From positions 1 to 64,000 of the IMG/VR virus record IMGVR_UViG_3300025832_000005: 64,000 bases of DNA; one strand, given 5' to 3'. Source of the DNA: an uncultured virus (IMG/VR IMGVR_UViG_3300025832_000005). Its lineage: Duplodnaviria; Heunggongvirae; Uroviricota; Caudoviricetes. The position numbers and the translations under genes are program-made. Positions 48,182 to 56,952 of this stretch are shown here, one piece after another. Below the pieces are notes generated by a model. The model searched no databases, was not told the DNA's origin, and saw nothing but the letters and a program-made list of their open reading frames with translations. How positions within the stretch are numbered: position 1 is the first letter of the stretch; the number at the start of each line of letters is the position of its first letter.

Positions 48182-48396
48182 ATAGATCTCACTCTCACAC
48201 TTATATTTAGTGAAATGTGGGTGAAATTGGGCAGATATACTAAAGTATATTAGTTATTATGGGTATCTGGATTTAACGCCTTATCTGTATTGGGGCCAAC
48301 TTGTTGCCAAAATATTTGACTACGTGATTGTAATGTATGATATACTATACCACCTATTATAACTGCTAATGATATTAAAATCCATTTCATTTTAAG

Positions 48397-49215
48397 TTAA
48401 TGCTCACCTTCTAGATGAGATTCGCTTTCTTCCCATTGCCATAAGCCCAATTCAACACCTTGACATATAATTTCTATCACTACTGCTTCAATAGCTTCCC
48501 TTACAGCATAGTTTACTGGCTCGTTTACGCTGTAACCACTTTCAACTTCCAATGCTTTAGTGCCAAGGTCTAAAAACTTAAATACATCTCCAGCTGTGCG
48601 ATAACTAGCAATAGATTTTTCTGCGGCTACACTCACCAATACACGGCCGCTGCTTACGCTAACTAATCGCATACTAACTGTTACTGTATCAATACGATAC
48701 TCTGCGGCTGATCCAAGACCAAAGTATCTAGCACCTGCTCCGCCTGTGGTAATATTTGAATCGTAGCCTACAATGCCACCCTCAACTAATATACCAGCAA
48801 ACTTCATTGGCGGAAGTGGGGTAGCGTCTTCTGCTTCATAATTTTGCCTTGTGTTACGTATTAACTGACGTTCTTTAATAACGTTATCCATGCCTACACG
48901 TTCCACAACCTCAAACCAAGTGCCTTCGCCTGCTTGTAGCAACGCATCTATTACCCAAACTTCAGCACCCTGTGTTACTGCGCTAGATAAGTTAGCAATA
49001 TTGTCTGCTGGCTTACGTTGTCCAGTTTTATCTGTAAAGCTATATACTCCAACAGTCATAACAGGACCATTTAATGGCTTTAACTGATTCAGTTCTGTTA
49101 CTAGTGGGTTTTCCTGTAAGTTTGCTGGACGTTGTAATGGTTTAGGTAATTTTGGATTGTAATTACTACACCCAGCCAGAAATACAGTAAGTATTATTGT
49201 TGTTATTAGCTTCAA
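48397..49215 (-). CDS. csgG: Curli secretion channel lipoprotein CsgG
   Basis: LAGC lipobox, VYSF.DKTGQRKP, SSAVTQG, WFEVVER, ERQLIR, EGGIVGYDSN..TGG.GARYFG. Confidence 0.92.
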   Translation of the reverse strand: MKLITTIILTVFLAGCSNYNPKLPKPLQRPANLQENPLVTELNQLKPLNGPVMTVGVYSFTDKTGQRKPADNIANLSSAVTQGAEVWVIDALLQAGEGTWFEVVERVGMDNVIKERQLIRNTRQNYEAEDATPLPPMKFAGILVEGGIVGYDSNITTGGAGARYFGLGSAAEYRIDTVTVSMRLVSVSSGRVLVSVAAEKSIASYRTAGDVFKFLDLGTKALEVESGYSVNEPVNYAVREAIEAVVIEIICQGVELGLWQWEESESHLEGEH

Positions 49216-49697
49216 AAGTTAAACTCCCCAGATCCTGGAATAGTTATTTCTGTATAACCATCGGCGCCGTCAATAATTAGTGTAATACTGCCAGATGCCT
49301 CATCCTTGGTCCAAGAAATAGTAGCACCTTCAACTTCAGTCGTTCCACTATTAGCACAATCCGGTTGTCCTTCTTCACCACAAGCAGCAAACATATTGTC
49401 CACCATTTGTTTACTCAGTGTAGCATAGATTCTTGATTCTAAGTTTTTAATAAATTTATTGAGAGTAGTGTTTTCAAGTTCACGCTCAATACGATCAGCT
49501 TCACGTTGAGCTTCATCATCAATATCTTTTTGTCTATTGAATCCCAATTGCTCAATACTAAGTACGTGGGCACTATACCCAATGCCACTAAAACTAGGGT
49601 TTTTAAAACTGTGTGTTAAGTCGGCAGCCGCCGTACTTGGTACTAACATACTTAACCAAGTAAGGGATAACATGCCAATTACGTGTTGTATTTTCAT
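49212..49697 (-). CDS. csgF: Curli assembly component CsgF
   Basis: Signal peptide then L...FKNPSFSG motif; F...LESRI...LS; directly upstream of csgG. Confidence 0.8.
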   Translation of the reverse strand: MKIQHVIGMLSLTWLSMLVPSTAAADLTHSFKNPSFSGIGYSAHVLSIEQLGFNRQKDIDDEAQREADRIERELENTTLNKFIKNLESRIYATLSKQMVDNMFAACGEEGQPDCANSGTTEVEGATISWTKDEASGSITLIIDGADGYTEITIPGSGEFNF

Positions 49698-49719
49698 GTA
49701 ATGTTGTCTCCAACTATAT

Positions 49720-50064
49720 TTAGTATAATAGCTCGATACCAACAACTGCTCCTGGTTTAATTTTGCCTTGTATTTTTTCAACAGCATTTCCGACAAACAA
49801 TCTTACATTATTATGTACATCGTATGTGCCACGTACTTGGGGAACTATTAAACTAAGATATCCAGTTGTGGCTGTCAATTCAAATCCAAAGTTATCGTGT
49901 TCAAATCGTCTACCTGCATATAATGATATATTGTCTATACTATTTACAAATGCTCCAGCAATTACATTATCATTTTCATAACGTACATGTGGGTGTATTT
50001 CATTATACTCACCAGCAAGACCTAAATGAGCAGTCATTGCTAATCCAAATATTATATTTTCCAT
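49720..50064 (-). CDS. Small beta-rich (OM-barrel-like) protein, paralog 2
   Basis: AHLGLAGEYNEIHPHVR, GAFVNS..NISLYAG, TTGY. Confidence 0.65.
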   Translation of the reverse strand: MENIIFGLAMTAHLGLAGEYNEIHPHVRYENDNVIAGAFVNSIDNISLYAGRRFEHDNFGFELTATTGYLSLIVPQVRGTYDVHNNVRLFVGNAVEKIQGKIKPGAVVGIELLY

Positions 50065-50110
50065 TAATTGTGTGTCCTTTTCTCACTCACCAATATTTAT
50101 TGGTCGCAAG

Positions 50111-50143
50111 AAAAATGCTCTAGTGTTTCCACTAGAGCATTTT
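50111..50143 (-). terminator. Rho-independent terminator
   Basis: AAAATGCTCTAGTG/CACTAGAGCATTTT inverted repeat. Confidence 0.7.
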
Positions 50144-50195
50144 AATAATAAATTTTGTGTTTTACTTCTTATCTATCAATTCTTGTCATTAGGTA

Positions 50196-50387
50196 TTACA
50201 TTTTGAACTTATTAATTTTAGGACCTGCTACTACTTGGTCATTTTCATCAACAGCAAGAACACCCATTTTAAATAATGCTTCTACAGCGTTTTGCAAACC
50301 AGTTTGATTGCCCTTCCAGTAACCCATTCCGAAGAGTACAATTCCGATACCCACTGCAAATAGTCCTTGTGTTGTTTCCATGTCCAT
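50196..50387 (-). CDS. Small membrane protein
   Basis: One TM helix, AGGA RBS, upstream promoter 50419-50447. Confidence 0.55.
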   Translation of the reverse strand: MDMETTQGLFAVGIGIVLFGMGYWKGNQTGLQNAVEALFKMGVLAVDENDQVVAGPKINKFKM

Positions 50388-50638
50388 AACATTAGTCCTT
50401 TTAATTGGTTACACTTATAATATAGTACTTATCACGTTAATTGTCAAGTATATCTACGTTGATTACGTTTATAAACTTTATATGCTTGTGTAACTGTCAT
50501 GTTTTCATCCATGCCTTGATCCATTGCTTCAATTAACCAATCAAATGTTTTACCATAAAACTGAACTCTGCGATTTAAAACAGTCATTGCGCCTTTGAGT
50601 TGCATTATGCTTCTCCGTTTTGTTTAACTTATACACTT

Positions 50639-50667
50639 AATATAGCACCAAAACGTCTTGGAGTCAA
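50639..50667 (-). promoter_or_regulatory. Sigma70-type promoter with palindromic spacer
   Basis: TTGACT-ccaagacgttttggtgc-TATATT; spacer identical to that of 20814..20842. Confidence 0.8.
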
Positions 50668-50725
50668 GCAAAAAGCGAAGGAAAAAATCCTTCGCTTTCA
50701 ATAGGTTGTAATTTTTTTTTAGTTT

Positions 50726-51523
50726 TTAGAAACTAAATGATGCTGATACACTTGGTTTGAACTCTTCACTGTTCATGTTATATGATACTCCAGCACCAAG
50801 CTCAAGTCCGCTTGCGATAGTCATATCATATCCACCACCGATGTTTTGTAGTGCGTCTACGTTGTCACCGTTAATGTATGCTGTTAGTCCGCCAGTTGCT
50901 ACTACACCTTCGTATCCCCATGCTTCTGAGTCTAGTCCGTATGTAAATGCGCCACTTGCCGTTGCAACACCCAAGTCAATACCGCCTAGGCTTGCACCAA
51001 GGATAGTTGTTTCACTGTCTAGGTTATAGTCAACTGCGCCTGTTAGTGATAGGTCATCTGCTACGCCCATTGTGTATGTTGCTTGTACGTTTGACAAGTC
51101 TGTTACATCTGCTGTTGCATCTGTCATACCTAGTGCTACTGTTGCATCACCAACTGATACTTTTAAACTATCGCCCATTGCTGGATCTGCGATAGTTTGT
51201 TCGCCTTCAGCACCAATCCAGTTGTTGCCTTGGTCGCCGTATGATACAGTTGCTAAACCTAAGTTAGCACCAATATGCCATTCGTCTAATGCTAGTTTGT
51301 CATCTGCTCCAGTAGCAAAATCTAGACCACCAAATGCGATGCCAGTTACACCAACATCTAAACCAAATGTTGTTGTTGCGCCGTATTTGTCAGCCGCTGT
51401 TTCTGCGATTGTAGTTTTGATTTCACCAGTTAAAGTAACTGGATTAGCTACTGCAACTTCTTCAGCCATTGCGTAGCCTGCTGTACTAAATACAGCTACA
51501 ATTGATAAGATTGTATTTTTCAT
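50726..51523 (-). CDS. Outer-membrane porin (alphaproteobacterial type)
   Basis: Signal peptide, alternating beta strands, C-terminal ...SASFSF. Confidence 0.75.
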   Translation of the reverse strand: MKNTILSIVAVFSTAGYAMAEEVAVANPVTLTGEIKTTIAETAADKYGATTTFGLDVGVTGIAFGGLDFATGADDKLALDEWHIGANLGLATVSYGDQGNNWIGAEGEQTIADPAMGDSLKVSVGDATVALGMTDATADVTDLSNVQATYTMGVADDLSLTGAVDYNLDSETTILGASLGGIDLGVATASGAFTYGLDSEAWGYEGVVATGGLTAYINGDNVDALQNIGGGYDMTIASGLELGAGVSYNMNSEEFKPSVSASFSF

Positions 51524-51684
51524 AATTATAATTCTCTTTCGTAACTTAGGGCACCTTAGTGGTGCCCTTTTTTTATTGTAAATTTTTGTGTGTGTATTTA
51601 CTTATCTTAATATAACACAGGATACTATATTGTCAACGATATTAAGCAAAATAGTGTCGTACTTGTTACATTTATGTAACACTG

Positions 51685-51975
51685 TTATCCGCCACCATTT
51701 GCTCGACCATTATAAGCACCAAATACATTTGGCTTACGCTTGGCTGTTTCAAACGTTGCTACTGTAATTGCGATTGCAGCGAGTAGTAATACGTGTAGAA
51801 GCATACTAATAACGCCAGCCCACATGCTACCTACGATGATGGCAAATACGATACACCACATCCATGCTAATACTTGCATAATCATATGGCGTGTACTAAA
51901 GTCCGGAATATTACTTAGTGGATTACTTTCGTGATCCATTACTACATTCCAGCAATTAAATACCCATTCTCTCAT
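51685..51975 (-). CDS. Conserved 2-TM marine phage protein
   Basis: NPLSNIPD..TRHMIMQVLAWMWCIVF. Confidence 0.65.
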   Translation of the reverse strand: MREWVFNCWNVVMDHESNPLSNIPDFSTRHMIMQVLAWMWCIVFAIIVGSMWAGVISMLLHVLLLAAIAITVATFETAKRKPNVFGAYNGRANGGG

Positions 51976-52084
51976 TTTGTTGACCTTTCTGTGTCAGTAT
52001 ATAATATATATATATAGCACGCCAAGGCACATAAATTAATAGCGATGGCGTGCGTTAAAGTGTAGCAGCTGCTACTCTAAGTTA

Positions 52085-52441
52085 TTATCGTTTACCGTTT
52101 ACAAAGTTGTAAAACTTGTCTGCTGCTTCCAGTACAGCATCAGCACCTGGTACTTCTGGCATTGTAACAGTTGTCACAACTTCGCCAGTATCCTTATCAC
52201 GTTTTACTGTTTGTTCAAACGCTCCCCATTTGGCATGGTAGTCTTGCCATACATTGTTTTGTGCCATCTCCAGTACTTTGGTACGGATCTCATAGCCATT
52301 TTTGTTTGACTTGATTGTTGGCATAGTTGGGGGTGTCATTTTACTGAATGCTTCAGTAAATTTTGCTGGATCTAGTCCAGTGTTTTTATAGATCTCGCTG
52401 AATTTTTCAGCCATGTCTGTCATTTGTTTTGTATCGAACAT
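52085..52441 (-). CDS. Conserved jumbo-phage hypothetical protein
   Basis: KNGYEIRTKVLEMA...VLEAADKFYNFV; AGGAG RBS. Confidence 0.65.
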   Translation of the reverse strand: MFDTKQMTDMAEKFSEIYKNTGLDPAKFTEAFSKMTPPTMPTIKSNKNGYEIRTKVLEMAQNNVWQDYHAKWGAFEQTVKRDKDTGEVVTTVTMPEVPGADAVLEAADKFYNFVNGKR

Positions 52442-52501
52442 AATGTTCTCCTTTTCTGTGTGTGTGTGTATGCTATATTATAGCGTGGTATTTAGTATGT
52501 G

Positions 52502-53113
52502 TCAAGTACTTTGTGGCATAGTAAACAATGCTCTTACGTCATGTGACTCATTGCCTTCAATAGGCTTACGAGCAAATGCGCACCACTTGTATGCAAACAT
52601 TGTTTGATTGTCTGTACAGAATTCTCTAAAACTTGTACCTGTAGTATATACATCATCCACAACCATCCAAGGATGATCGCCTGGTGTTACATATTTTTCC
52701 ATAGCGTGTGCTAATGCCATTCCGCCACGTGGAATACCAACTACCTTACTAAAAGGTTCTGTTTGATAATCCATAATCATACGTGCTAATCCGTCCCACC
52801 ACTCTGGGCGTATAGCATCGCACTCAATCTTCCATGCTAGTTTATTTCCTGCGTGACTTGTAAAGTCACCTACTTCAAATAAGTCTGCGCCTGTTCTAAA
52901 TACCATTAGTTGCTTCTCCAATTCCATAATATATTCTGCAGCTTTCCAAGCATAGTGATCTGTACATTTTGTTTTCCATTCTTCACCTGCTTGGTTTTTT
53001 AATTTTACTACCCATTCAGTTTGTTCTACTCTTGCTTTAATTTCTGGATAGTCTTTATCAACAACATCATGTTCGTTTTCTTCTATCTCAAATCCATGTG
53101 TATTGTGTTGCAT
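52502..53113 (-). CDS. Type I phosphoribosyltransferase (orotate PRTase-like) with N-terminal extension
   Basis: GDFTSHAG, VVGIPRGG, VVDDVYTTGTS PRPP loop. Confidence 0.8.
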   Translation of the reverse strand: MQHNTHGFEIEENEHDVVDKDYPEIKARVEQTEWVVKLKNQAGEEWKTKCTDHYAWKAAEYIMELEKQLMVFRTGADLFEVGDFTSHAGNKLAWKIECDAIRPEWWDGLARMIMDYQTEPFSKVVGIPRGGMALAHAMEKYVTPGDHPWMVVDDVYTTGTSFREFCTDNQTMFAYKWCAFARKPIEGNESHDVRALFTMPQST

Positions 53114-53628
53114 TAGTATTCAACACCTGTGTAAAATGGTATACCACGAGCTTTTACTAAGTCGCTTCCACCTAATTTAGGTAGGTCAATAACAGTTGCT
53201 ACTGCCACAGTAAAAGCATTTAATTCTTGTACTAAATCCAATACTGCGCACATTGTGCCACCAGTTGCCATTAAGTCATCAATAATAAGGCAACGGTCTC
53301 CTGCTTCAATACTATCTGCTTGTATTTGTAATTTATTTGTTCCGTATTCTAAATCGTATTCTTTTTCAGCTATCTTACCAGGAAGTTTACCAGGTTTCCG
53401 TGCTAGTACTAGTGGGCCTCTTGTACGATGAGCAAACACACTAGCAAATATAAATCCACGAGCATCAATACCAATAATTTTATCTACAGGACAATATTTT
53501 AGTAAGTTACTGTATATAAAGTTATTTGCTTCTGCGTAACCATCTTGTGATGCGCATAAACTTGCTACATCCTTATAATCAATTCCATCAATTGGAAAGT
53601 TTTGGTAACTTGTTATGTATTGTTTCAT
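53113..53628 (-). CDS. apt: Adenine phosphoribosyltransferase
   Basis: FPIDGI.YKD, GIDARGF, RKPGKLP, YDLEYG, IIDDLMATGGT. Confidence 0.92.
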   Translation of the reverse strand: MKQYITSYQNFPIDGIDYKDVASLCASQDGYAEANNFIYSNLLKYCPVDKIIGIDARGFIFASVFAHRTRGPLVLARKPGKLPGKIAEKEYDLEYGTNKLQIQADSIEAGDRCLIIDDLMATGGTMCAVLDLVQELNAFTVAVATVIDLPKLGGSDLVKARGIPFYTGVEY

Positions 53629-53629
53629 T

Positions 53630-54490
53630 TTAATAACTCTGTGCTAGACGCCACATCAAATATTCTTTTGACTCAATGGGCTCATATTTTGATTGTTCGT
53701 CACGTAAGTTTTGTACTATTGTGCCGGGTGTTGGGTCTACAAAGTGTGGCATCGAATATCTTTGTTGATGTATATGACTGTTAACTACACGATGTTTAGT
53801 ACTTTTAAAATAATCGTTAGTCCAACGCTGTAGTAAGTCACCAATGTTAACAACTACTCCATCATCCGCATACGGGACCGGGTGCCACTCTTCTTTGAGA
53901 TCTTGGACTTGAAGCCCAGGAACATCATTAATCTGCCATAGTAATGTAATAGTGCCGTAGTCACTGTGTTCTCCTATACGCATTTGTTTATCTTGTACTG
54001 GTCCAGTATATGCTGGATAGTGAATAACTCTTGTTGTGTTAAATGGTTGTAAATGTGAATCTACTAGTGTAGTTCCACTATCTAAAATAGTATCAAACTT
54101 AGATAATATTTTCATAGTAAGTTTATCTGCAATGTCAATACTTTGTAAGGCTGTTGCTTTAAACTCTGGTAATTCTGTAGGCCAAAGGTCTTCTGGCATA
54201 CGTGTATTGTTGTAGTTAAAACTTTCTTTGATATCTTTTGGTGCTGTAGGATCAACGTTTTCGTCGCCTACCATGCTATAACCCAAGTTAGTATCTGCGT
54301 TATAAGGATAACTTTGTTTTTTATCCATTGGCAGTTCAAAGAATGCTTTCATTTGTTCTTGCCAAGACTTGATGTCTTGTTGATGTGTTTCAGTTAACGC
54401 ATTTGTAAACACTGCGAAGCCTACTGTTGTGTAGGCTTCGTCAATGCGATCTAAAGCGTCTGATGCTTGTAAATCAATTACTGGAATCAT
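53630..54490 (-). CDS. 2-oxoglutarate/Fe(II) dioxygenase (IPNS-like)
   Basis: IPVIDL, HSDYG (HxD), NIGDLLQRWTN, HRV, RYS. Confidence 0.9.
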   Translation of the reverse strand: MIPVIDLQASDALDRIDEAYTTVGFAVFTNALTETHQQDIKSWQEQMKAFFELPMDKKQSYPYNADTNLGYSMVGDENVDPTAPKDIKESFNYNNTRMPEDLWPTELPEFKATALQSIDIADKLTMKILSKFDTILDSGTTLVDSHLQPFNTTRVIHYPAYTGPVQDKQMRIGEHSDYGTITLLWQINDVPGLQVQDLKEEWHPVPYADDGVVVNIGDLLQRWTNDYFKSTKHRVVNSHIHQQRYSMPHFVDPTPGTIVQNLRDEQSKYEPIESKEYLMWRLAQSY

Positions 54491-55569
54491 TAACCAGGTA
54501 CCTTTGATGTAATGCCTTCGACATAGAACATCATAGTGTCTAGTTGCTGTCTAGTTGCTACTTCGCCTTCTTTCAGGAACACTGTTCCGTCTTGCTTGTT
54601 AATTGGACCTGTAAATCCAAATAACTCACCTGCGCTAATAGCATCTTTTACACGCTGTGCTTCTGCTTGTACGTCAGCTGGCATGTTAGCAAACGGTGCC
54701 ATTTGTACAGCGTCTTCGTTCATGTGTCCAAAGTAATCGCCTGTTTCCCATGTACCGTCTAGTACTTGTCCTACTTTCTTAATATAGTAAGGACCCCAAT
54801 TGTCAATAGTTGCTGTCAATTGTGCGTTAGGAGCAAACTTCATTTGATCACTTGCTTGTCCAAATCCAAGTACGCCTGCTTGTTCTGCTGATTGTAGTGG
54901 AGCAGGTGAGTCAGTATGCTGTGCTACAATGTCACAACCTTGGTCAATCAATGCTGTTGCCGCATCTTTTTCTTTACCTGGATCATACCATGTGTAAACC
55001 CACGCAATTGATAGTTCTACATCTGGATTGTACTTACGTGCACCCAAGAAGAACGTGTTAATCTCACGCATAACTTCTGGAATTGGGAATGAAGCAATAT
55101 AACAAATTTTGTTTGTTTTTGTCATCATACCTGCTACAACACCTTGTACGTGTCTTGCTTGGTATAGTTTCAAACCATAGTTAGCAACGTTGTCAGATGA
55201 TTTATAACCTGTAGCATGTTCAAACTTTACGTTTGGAAACTTCTTTGCTACGTTCATTATTGGATCCATATATCCAAATGATGTCGCAAAAATAATGTCT
55301 GCGCCCTGTAGTGCCATTTGTGTCATTACACGTTCAGCGTCAGCACCTTCTGCTACACTTTCAACAAATCGTGTTGTTACTCTGTCGCCGTATGCTTCTT
55401 CTACTTGCTGACGACCAATATCGTGACGGTATGTCCATCCGTGGTCACCAGTTGGTCCGACGTAAATAAATCCGACCGTGATGTTATCCTTAGGTGCATC
55501 TGCTTGTGCTGACACAGCTAAAGACCCCAACATTAATAATGTTGCGGAAAATAGTTTTAATAATTTCAT
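54490..55569 (-). CDS. BMP-family ABC transporter substrate-binding protein (purine nucleoside type)
   Basis: Signal peptide, GFIYVGP..DHGW...H..GR, TSFGYM, FPIPEV.R.IN, WYDP.KE, QHTDSP. Confidence 0.92.
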   Translation of the reverse strand: MKLLKLFSATLLMLGSLAVSAQADAPKDNITVGFIYVGPTGDHGWTYRHDIGRQQVEEAYGDRVTTRFVESVAEGADAERVMTQMALQGADIIFATSFGYMDPIMNVAKKFPNVKFEHATGYKSSDNVANYGLKLYQARHVQGVVAGMMTKTNKICYIASFPIPEVMREINTFFLGARKYNPDVELSIAWVYTWYDPGKEKDAATALIDQGCDIVAQHTDSPAPLQSAEQAGVLGFGQASDQMKFAPNAQLTATIDNWGPYYIKKVGQVLDGTWETGDYFGHMNEDAVQMAPFANMPADVQAEAQRVKDAISAGELFGFTGPINKQDGTVFLKEGEVATRQQLDTMMFYVEGITSKVPG

Positions 55570-55624
55570 TAATTAGGTTTCCTTTTGTGTTGGCTGTACT
55601 TTAACCTATGTTTCAGCCGTCATA

Positions 55625-55965
55625 GTGTAACGCTTCTGTTGCTAGGTGCGTTACAAACCCCCACTTACCTAATTAGGCAGCTAAAGCCATTTCTGGCGCT
55701 CTATTTGCGTTTGCATTTAGAAAGTTTATTCGCGGTAACGGCGCTTATATCCCGGTAACTCCACTCATCTATCCTACCTGTCGATCCTATTTCGACCCCA
55801 TCAAAAACACACTAGCACTCTTATTCTTTACCCTATTTCTAGGTCCTCTATATCGAGTTATCATCTCGGGAAAGAGAGGTTATATTTCAAACCTAATGTG
55901 TTTATGGTGGAGTCGCCGGGTACCGCCCCCGGGTCCAGTATAGTCGTCAAATCACTTCAACGTTA
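55625..55965 (-). ncRNA. ssrA: Two-piece (circularly permuted) tmRNA, alphaproteobacterial type; outer ends approximate
   Basis: Acceptor piece ...GACCCGGGGGCGGTACCCGGCGACTCCACCA (CCA end at 55905), then ~105-nt intervening segment, then GGGGTCGAAATAGGATCGAC (55799); G3:U pair; tag ORF 55714..55673 ANANRAPEMALAA*. Confidence 0.93.
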
Positions 55966-55970
55966 CAGTC

Positions 55971-56001
55971 TATTTATATACTAAACACAAGAGGATGTCA
56001 A
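55971..56001 (-). promoter_or_regulatory. Overlapping sigma70 and late promoters for the tmRNA
   Basis: TTGACA-N17-TATAAA, with the -10 embedded in TATAAATA. Confidence 0.7.
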
Positions 56002-56102
56002 GCCTTATTATAGAAAAGACTAAATAGACTGGATAGAAAAAACACACTCAAATTTTTTTGAGCTAATTTTTTTTAGGCTGAATTTCAGAAAAGGAAAAAA
56101 AG

Positions 56103-56945
56103 ATGACGCAACTCATAAACCCACAAAAATTTACAGACACAGTTGGCCTTTTAAGGTCATTTTTTTTGGACAAAGGCTTCTTAGAAGTACATACCCAAAA
56201 TAGACTAAGCATACTTGCCGCATGTGAAGATCCGTTCAATGTAGCAACATACAATTACGCAGACCAGGTTTGGCCATTACCGCAAACAGGCCAGATGTGG
56301 TTAGAACATGAATTATTAAGCAAGCCCGATAGTAAGGGCTTTTTTTGTGTGTCAACGTCCTATAGACAGGAACCAAACGCTATACCAGGCAGACACGACA
56401 TTATCTTCCCAATGTTTGAGTTTGAGATGCCGGGCGATGTAGATGATCTTAAAAAGATGGAAATTGAACTATGTGATTACTTGGGCTTTGACCCACTAAC
56501 AGAAAAAACATACAGCGACTGGCAAAAACACTTTGGTGTAAGTCAATCAACTGAAATGGACGCACAACACGAATTAGCAATGGATATGAACTTTGGTAGT
56601 TGTTTAATTACAGACTTCCCAGAACTAACATCACCTTTCTGGAACATGGCACGTAACGATGATGGCAATACTGCTAAGAAGATGGATGTTATCTTAGGTG
56701 GTATGGAAACTATTGGATCAGCAGAACGTAGTTGTGATGTTGATATGATGCGTGATACATTCCACAGTATTGTAGACGGAGACTATGCTGAGCTGCTGTT
56801 TAAATTGTTTGGTAAAGAACGTGTAGAAGCAGAACTAGAAGAGTTCCTCAAGTTTGACTTCTTCCAAAGAGTAGGTGGTGGCATTGGCATGACACGTATG
56901 ATTGCCGCACTGGATAAACTACAAAGTTTAGACAAAGCCGCCTAA
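56103..56945 (+). CDS. Class IIb aminoacyl-tRNA synthetase catalytic-domain-only protein (Asn/Asp-type)
   Basis: Motif 1 LRSFFLDKGFLEVHT, motif 2 SYRQE...GRH...F.MFEFE, ETIGSAER, motif 3 GGGIGMTR; no N-terminal OB fold (280 aa). Confidence 0.85.
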   Translation: MTQLINPQKFTDTVGLLRSFFLDKGFLEVHTQNRLSILAACEDPFNVATYNYADQVWPLPQTGQMWLEHELLSKPDSKGFFCVSTSYRQEPNAIPGRHDIIFPMFEFEMPGDVDDLKKMEIELCDYLGFDPLTEKTYSDWQKHFGVSQSTEMDAQHELAMDMNFGSCLITDFPELTSPFWNMARNDDGNTAKKMDVILGGMETIGSAERSCDVDMMRDTFHSIVDGDYAELLFKLFGKERVEAELEEFLKFDFFQRVGGGIGMTRMIAALDKLQSLDKAA

Positions 56946-56952
56946 AAATTGA

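Noticed and set aside
52017..52075. GCACGCCA/TGGCGTGC stem followed by AAAGTGTAGC, superficially SAM-II/SAM-V-like
   Set aside because: It lacks the conserved loop sequence, the similarity is on the strand opposite the neighbouring genes, and no Met/SAM gene follows.
56103..56945. Annotation as EpmA (GenX) or as a broken asnS pseudogene
   Set aside because: Clean start, intact motifs and no upstream OB-fold remnant; no efp/epmB nearby; the adjacent GUU tRNA favours an Asn-related role. EpmA-like activity is not formally excluded.
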